The position numbers and the translations under genes are program-made. Below are positions 59,485-64,000 of a DNA stretch of 64,000 nucleotides, piece by piece. The stretch covers positions 96,346 through 160,345 of the forward strand of contig CBFHON010000004.1 of the NCBI GenBank assembly GCA_965657505.1, read 5' to 3'. The stretch is from Alphaproteobacteria bacterium (GTDB lineage: Bacteria; Pseudomonadota; Alphaproteobacteria; TMED109). The notes beneath the pieces are model-generated. The model was not told the origin of the DNA and made no database searches. It was given only the letters and a program-made list of their open reading frames with translations. Every line of letters begins with the position of its first letter. The stretch's first letter is position 1.

Positions 59485-60006
59485 TTGGAAAATAATTCAA
59501 ATGACGACAAGAAAAGTAGAAGAGATTTTATACATATAACTTCTGGTGTGACTGTTGCTACAGGAGCTGCAGCAGTAGCTTGGCCGCTAATAGATCAAAT
59601 GAATCCATCTGCAGATGTGTTGGCTCTAGCTAGTGTTGAAGTAGACTTAGAACCACTTCAACCTGGGCAATCAATAAGTGTTTTATGGAGAGGTAAGCCA
59701 CTATTCATAAGACGAAGAACAGAAGAAGAAATTTCTGAAGCTAGAGATATAGATCTAAATACACTTAAAGATCCTCAGTTAGACGAAGAAAGAGTTAAAA
59801 ATTCAAATTATTTAGTAATGGTAGGAGTATGCACACATCTTGGCTGTGTTCCATTAGGTCAGCAAGGTGAGTATGGAGGTTGGTTTTGTCCTTGTCACGG
59901 TTCTCATTATGATACTTCTGGAAGAATTAGAAAGGGCCCAGCGCCTACAAATTTAGAAATTCCACCCTATGTTTTTTTAAATGAAACTACTATTAAAATA
60001 GGATAA
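59485..60006 (+). CDS. petA: Ubiquinol-cytochrome c reductase Rieske iron-sulfur subunit
   Basis: Twin-arginine signal SRRDF and Rieske boxes CTHLGC and CPCHGS. The TTG start has AAGAGG 8 nt upstream. Confidence 0.95.
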   Translation: MENNSNDDKKSRRDFIHITSGVTVATGAAAVAWPLIDQMNPSADVLALASVEVDLEPLQPGQSISVLWRGKPLFIRRRTEEEISEARDIDLNTLKDPQLDEERVKNSNYLVMVGVCTHLGCVPLGQQGEYGGWFCPCHGSHYDTSGRIRKGPAPTNLEIPPYVFLNETTIKIG

Positions 60007-60026
60007 TTAGATGAAAGGCTTTTTTT

Positions 60027-61256
60027 ATGAGTAATATTAAAAATGGAAAAGGTATTATTGGCTGGATAGATTACAGACTTCCAATTTTTAGTACTTTGCA
60101 GCATACCCTTGTCGATTACCCTACGCCTAAAAATTTAAACTACTGGTGGAATTTTGGTTCTTTAGCAGGAATATTTTTATTGATACAAATTATTACTGGT
60201 ATTGTTCTTGCTATGCACTATACGCCAAGTGTTGAAGGAGCGTTCGCTAGTATAGAGCATATTATGAGAGATGTTAATTACGGATGGTTAATAAGATATA
60301 TCCATATGAATGGAGCATCTTTTTTCTTTATAGTAGTATATATTCATATTTTTAGAGGTTTGTATTACGGTTCTTATAAGTCACCAAGAGAGGTATTATG
60401 GTGGTTAGGTTTAACTATATTATTACTTATGATGGCTACAGCTTTCATGGGCTATGTTCTACCTTGGGGACAAATGAGTTTTTGGGGTGCAACAGTAATA
60501 ACTAATTTATTCTCTGCTGTACCTATTGTTGGAACTGCGGTAGTAGAATGGCTTTGGGGAGGCTTTGCAGTTGATAACGCTCTTTTAAACCGTTTTTTTG
60601 CATTGCATTATTTATTCCCATTTTTAATTGTTGGGGTAGTTATTTTACATATTGTAGCTCTTCATACACATGGCTCTAATAATCCTTTAGGAATAGATAG
60701 AAAAGGGCCTCAAGATTCTATACCTTTTCACCCTTATTACACTATAAAAGATTTATTTGGATTAAGCTTTGTACTAACTATATTTGCAGCGGTAGTATTT
60801 TATGCGCCTGACTATTTGGGTCATCCTGATAACTATATACCTGCTGATCCTTTAAAAACTCCAGCCCATATTGTACCGGAGTGGTACTTTTTGCCTTTTT
60901 ACGCAATACTTAGAGCCGTACCGGACAAACTTGGTGGTGTAATTGCTATGATTAGTGCCATCTTAATTCTATTTGCTCTTCCTTGGCTAGATACTTCTAA
61001 AGTTAGGTCTGCAACATTTCGTCCCATTTATAAAAAATTCTTTTGGTTTTTATTAATAGATGTAATTATTTTAACGTGGGTAGGCGGAAGTCCAGCTGAA
61101 GGACATTTTATCCTTATAGGAAGATTAGCAACAATATATTATTTTGCTCATTTTATTATTTTTATGCCAATTATTGGAATAATAGAAACTCCCAAACCTC
61201 TTCCAAATAGTATATCGGAAGCTGTACTAAAAAAACCTATTAAAGATGGAACATAG
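60027..61256 (+). CDS. petB: Cytochrome b
   Basis: [16 protein letters not shown], the [13 protein letters not shown] motif, and heme-ligand His pairs. Confidence 0.95.
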   Translation: MSNIKNGKGIIGWIDYRLPIFSTLQHTLVDYPTPKNLNYWWNFGSLAGIFLLIQIITGIVLAMHYTPSVEGAFASIEHIMRDVNYGWLIRYIHMNGASFFFIVVYIHIFRGLYYGSYKSPREVLWWLGLTILLLMMATAFMGYVLPWGQMSFWGATVITNLFSAVPIVGTAVVEWLWGGFAVDNALLNRFFALHYLFPFLIVGVVILHIVALHTHGSNNPLGIDRKGPQDSIPFHPYYTIKDLFGLSFVLTIFAAVVFYAPDYLGHPDNYIPADPLKTPAHIVPEWYFLPFYAILRAVPDKLGGVIAMISAILILFALPWLDTSKVRSATFRPIYKKFFWFLLIDVIILTWVGGSPAEGHFILIGRLATIYYFAHFIIFMPIIGIIETPKPLPNSISEAVLKKPIKDGT

Positions 61257-61258
61257 CT

Positions 61259-62035
61259 ATGAAAAATTATTATAAAATTCCTAAAATATTTTTTATATCT
61301 TTCATTTTGATAAACTTATTTTTATCTAATCTTTTTGCCGCTGGACCAGATGGTAACATTACAAAAATGAAATTTTCATTTGATGGTATTTTTGGAGTAA
61401 TTGATAAAGCATCGGCTAGAAGAGGATTACAGGTTTATAATGAAATTTGTGCTGGATGTCACAGTTTAGAACATGTTTCATATAGAAATCTATTAGATAT
61501 TGGCTTTTCAAATGACCAAGTAAAGGAGTTTGCTTCACAATTTGAAGTTACAGCAGAACCAGACTCTGATGGTGAAGTAAATATGCGGTCTGCTATACCA
61601 TCGGACAAGTTTGTTAGTCCATATCAAAATGATAATCAAGCTAAAGCTATGAATAATGGTGCTATTCCTCCAGACTTATCTTTAATAATAAAAGCAAGGG
61701 CAGGGGGTGCCAGCTATTTTTATAGCCTTTTAAAAGGATATGAAGATCCACCAGAGGATAAAGAATTGTCAAATGGATACTATAATATAGCCTATCCAGG
61801 AAATGTTATAGCTATGCCACAGCCACTATATGGTGACGATGTAGAATATGCTGATGGTACAGAAGCTACTATGGAACAAGAAATTATAGATTTAGTTTCA
61901 TTTCTAACATGGACTGGACAACCAGAGCTTAATGATAGAAAATCTATGGGATTTAGAGTGTTTCTTTTCTTAGTTTTTATGACAAGTGTTTTATTTCTTT
62001 CCTATAGAAAAATTTGGAAAAAAATTAAAGGCTAA
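61259..62035 (+). CDS. petC: Cytochrome c1
   Basis: Signal peptide, heme motif CAGCHS, PPDLSLI, and a C-terminal TM anchor. Confidence 0.9.
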   Translation: MKNYYKIPKIFFISFILINLFLSNLFAAGPDGNITKMKFSFDGIFGVIDKASARRGLQVYNEICAGCHSLEHVSYRNLLDIGFSNDQVKEFASQFEVTAEPDSDGEVNMRSAIPSDKFVSPYQNDNQAKAMNNGAIPPDLSLIIKARAGGASYFYSLLKGYEDPPEDKELSNGYYNIAYPGNVIAMPQPLYGDDVEYADGTEATMEQEIIDLVSFLTWTGQPELNDRKSMGFRVFLFLVFMTSVLFLSYRKIWKKIKG

Positions 62036-62904
62036 TTAAACCTTTTTAGAAGATTTTGTAACTTTAATTTAGCATGTTGAGGTCTTGCCTCTTCAGGAGT
62101 AATTAAAGCATAGTCAAGAGCACTATATGCTGGATCATTCCAGTTCCACTCTGTTTTTTCAATATTTTTTATAATACTTTTTAGTAAATTTTTAGCATTT
62201 AAGGAATTAGTATTAAGTACTTTAATAATACTATCTACGGTAACTGCATCATGATCAGGATGCCAACAATCATAATCTGTTACCATAGCTATAGTAGCAT
62301 AGGCTATTTCAGCTTCTCTGGCTAGTTTTGCTTCTGGCATATTAGTCATGCCTATAACATCACAGTTCCAAGACCTGTATAGATTAGACTCTGCTAATGT
62401 TGAAAACTGAGGTCCTTCCATTGCAATATATGTTCCACCATTCAGAATATTAATATTATCAGGAGCTGACTCAAATATAATTTTACTTAGATGTTTGGAT
62501 GTAGGTTTTGCCATTGATACATGTGCAACTATTCCATCATTAAAAAAAGTTTTTATTCTTGCAAATGTTCTATCAATAAACTGATCTATAATAACAAAGT
62601 CTCCTGGTTTTATAGATTCTTTTAGGCTTCCAACCGCAGATAATGATATTATATCTGTGACCCCTAGTGATTTCAAACAATCAATATTAGCTCTATAATT
62701 TATATTAGATGGAAGTAGATTATGGCTTTTTCCATGTCTTGGAAGAAATGCAATATTTATATCATTTATAATACCTGTCAGAATTTTATCAGATGGATCT
62801 CCAAATGCTGATGATACACTTTGCCATTTAGCCTCTGATATATTATCTAAGTCATATATACCACTTCCACCTATAATTCCTAAATAAGGCTTTTCTTTAT
62901 TCAT
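62032..62904 (-). CDS. mtnP: S-methyl-5'-thioadenosine phosphorylase
   Basis: GIIGGSG, FLPRHGKSHNLLPSNINYRANI, and GMTNMPEAKLAREAE motifs. Confidence 0.9.
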   Translation of the reverse strand: MNKEKPYLGIIGGSGIYDLDNISEAKWQSVSSAFGDPSDKILTGIINDINIAFLPRHGKSHNLLPSNINYRANIDCLKSLGVTDIISLSAVGSLKESIKPGDFVIIDQFIDRTFARIKTFFNDGIVAHVSMAKPTSKHLSKIIFESAPDNINILNGGTYIAMEGPQFSTLAESNLYRSWNCDVIGMTNMPEAKLAREAEIAYATIAMVTDYDCWHPDHDAVTVDSIIKVLNTNSLNAKNLLKSIIKNIEKTEWNWNDPAYSALDYALITPEEARPQHAKLKLQNLLKRFN

Positions 62905-62909
62905 TATAC

Positions 62910-63371
62910 TTATCGAACACCTAATAAAATGATTTCAAAAATAAGAGTAGAATTAGCTGGAATTAATCCATTACCCACAGCTCTATTTCCGTATCCCATT
63001 GATGGAGGAATTACTAAACATCTTTTTCCATCTTCTTTCATTCCTATTAATCCTTCTTCCCAACCTTTAATAACCATACCCTGGCCTAAGGCTAATTGGA
63101 ATGGCATTCCTCTCTCTAAAGATGAGTCAAATTGACTTCCTTTGGCATCACAAAAATCTTTAGCTTCTTTTTTTGAATCATATAACCAACCAGTATAGTG
63201 AACAGCAACTTCTTTTCCATTAACAGCTATTCTTCCATTACCTACTTCAAGGTCAGTAATAATAAGTTCCTTTGGTTCTTCCATAGCAAATATATTATTA
63301 CACAAAATAATGAAAGTTACAGCAATAAATAATAGCATCTTATAAGTCTTTAATATTAAATTGAATTGCAT
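62910..63371 (-). CDS. FKBP-type peptidyl-prolyl cis-trans isomerase, secreted
   Basis: Signal peptide followed by VHYTGWL...FDSSLERGMPFQLALGQGMVIKGWEEGLIGMKEDGKRCLVIPPSMGYG. An alternative start lies at 63338. Confidence 0.9.
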   Translation of the reverse strand: MQFNLILKTYKMLLFIAVTFIILCNNIFAMEEPKELIITDLEVGNGRIAVNGKEVAVHYTGWLYDSKKEAKDFCDAKGSQFDSSLERGMPFQLALGQGMVIKGWEEGLIGMKEDGKRCLVIPPSMGYGNRAVGNGLIPANSTLIFEIILLGVR

Positions 63372-63392
63372 TTTAAGCTCCTATCTAAATTA

Positions 63393-64000
63393 TTATAATG
63401 ATTTTTTTAAAAATTCTATTGTTCTTTTATATGATAAATCTCTTGATGCCTCATTATAACTATCTCTTTGGTCACAAAAAAACCCATGATCTGCATTTTT
63501 ATAAGTATGAATTTCTATACTTGGTTCTTTATTTTGAGAAAAATGTTTAATTTTATTTTGATCTTCTTTATTAATTGTTTCATCTTTCTCACCTAAATGA
63601 ACTAAGGTAGGGCATCTAGGCGTTTTATCTAGAAAAGTAGATATTTGTGAGCCATAAAAACATACCGAAGCATCTAATCCATATGCTGAACAAGCTGCTT
63701 TCCAAGATAGAGATCCTCCATAGCAAAAACCTACTGTCGCTACGTTATGAGATACCTTAAGATTAGCAATACAACTTAATATATCCATAGTAGGTAGATC
63801 CCATCCAGACTTACCTTTTAATTCTTTACCTTTTTCAATACTAGTAGCAGAGTAATCTAGGTTAACATCATTTTGAACTCTATAAAATATATCGGGCACC
63901 CATGTTATAAATCCCTCTTTTGAGAATTTTTCGGCAATGTCTTTGATATGGTCATTAACTCCAAATATCTCTTGAATTAAAACTATAGCACCTATTCTTT
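63393..64000 (-). CDS. Dienelactone hydrolase family protein (5' end beyond window edge)
   Basis: The frame stays open upstream of the track start to the window edge (...GAIVLIQEIFGVNDHIKDIAEKFSKEGFITWVPDIFYRV). It has a nucleophile-elbow region GFCYGG and a C-terminal ADHGF. Confidence 0.75.
   Translation of the reverse strand, partial: RIGAIVLIQEIFGVNDHIKDIAEKFSKEGFITWVPDIFYRVQNDVNLDYSATSIEKGKELKGKSGWDLPTMDILSCIANLKVSHNVATVGFCYGGSLSWKAACSAYGLDASVCFYGSQISTFLDKTPRCPTLVHLGEKDETINKEDQNKIKHFSQNKEPSIEIHTYKNADHGFFCDQRDSYNEASRDLSYKRTIEFLKKSL

Overview
This 64 kb window is very AT-rich and almost fully coding, with many gaps of 0-30 nt and several overlapping stops. The gene content and order are those of a core alphaproteobacterial chromosome. 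The extreme streamlining suggests a SAR11/Pelagibacterales-like lineage, but that attribution is an inference from composition and synteny, not a search result.

Gene content, left to right:
- Cell-wall/division cluster murD(partial)-ftsW-murG-murC-murB-ddl-ftsQ-ftsA, followed directly by lpxC with no ftsZ.
- A secreted MORN-repeat protein, ETF-ubiquinone oxidoreductase, an IMPase-family protein, bamD, recN, ligA, aminopeptidase P, prmA, uvrD, and an SDR/RraA-like pair.
- A complete aa3 cytochrome oxidase biogenesis block (coxB-coxA-ctaB-small ORF-ctaG-coxC-DUF983-surf1-ctaA), then thrC, a GNAT, a DsbD-family reductase, Prx5, rnhA and thrB.
- The ATP synthase F0 operon (atpI-B-E-F'-F), smc, dsbA, DUF721, mutY, ccrM and rnhB.
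- A four-gene MoxR/DUF58/BatA-like module, then DUF1285, a NUDIX CoA pyrophosphatase, cca, hemF, petABC (bc1), mtnP, an FKBP and a partial dienelactone hydrolase.

I saw no rRNA, tRNA, CRISPR array, transposase, integrase, phage gene or recognisable defence gene. I do not see a convincing novel multi-gene system.

The most unusual items:
1. A pair of C-rich anti-Shine-Dalgarno motifs in hairpin context, in the only long spacer (19.34-19.71 kb), upstream of an ORFan. This may be a CcsR/cuckoo-like sRNA or a cis translational switch.
2. Three short genes below the ORF-track cutoff: COX subunit IV, a CoxF-like single-TM peptide, and a lipoprotein ORF with a strong SD but no canonical start codon.
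3. The poorly understood MoxR-DUF58-BatA_N/DUF4159 module.

All coordinates for the small features were derived by hand from the printed sequence and should be recomputed.
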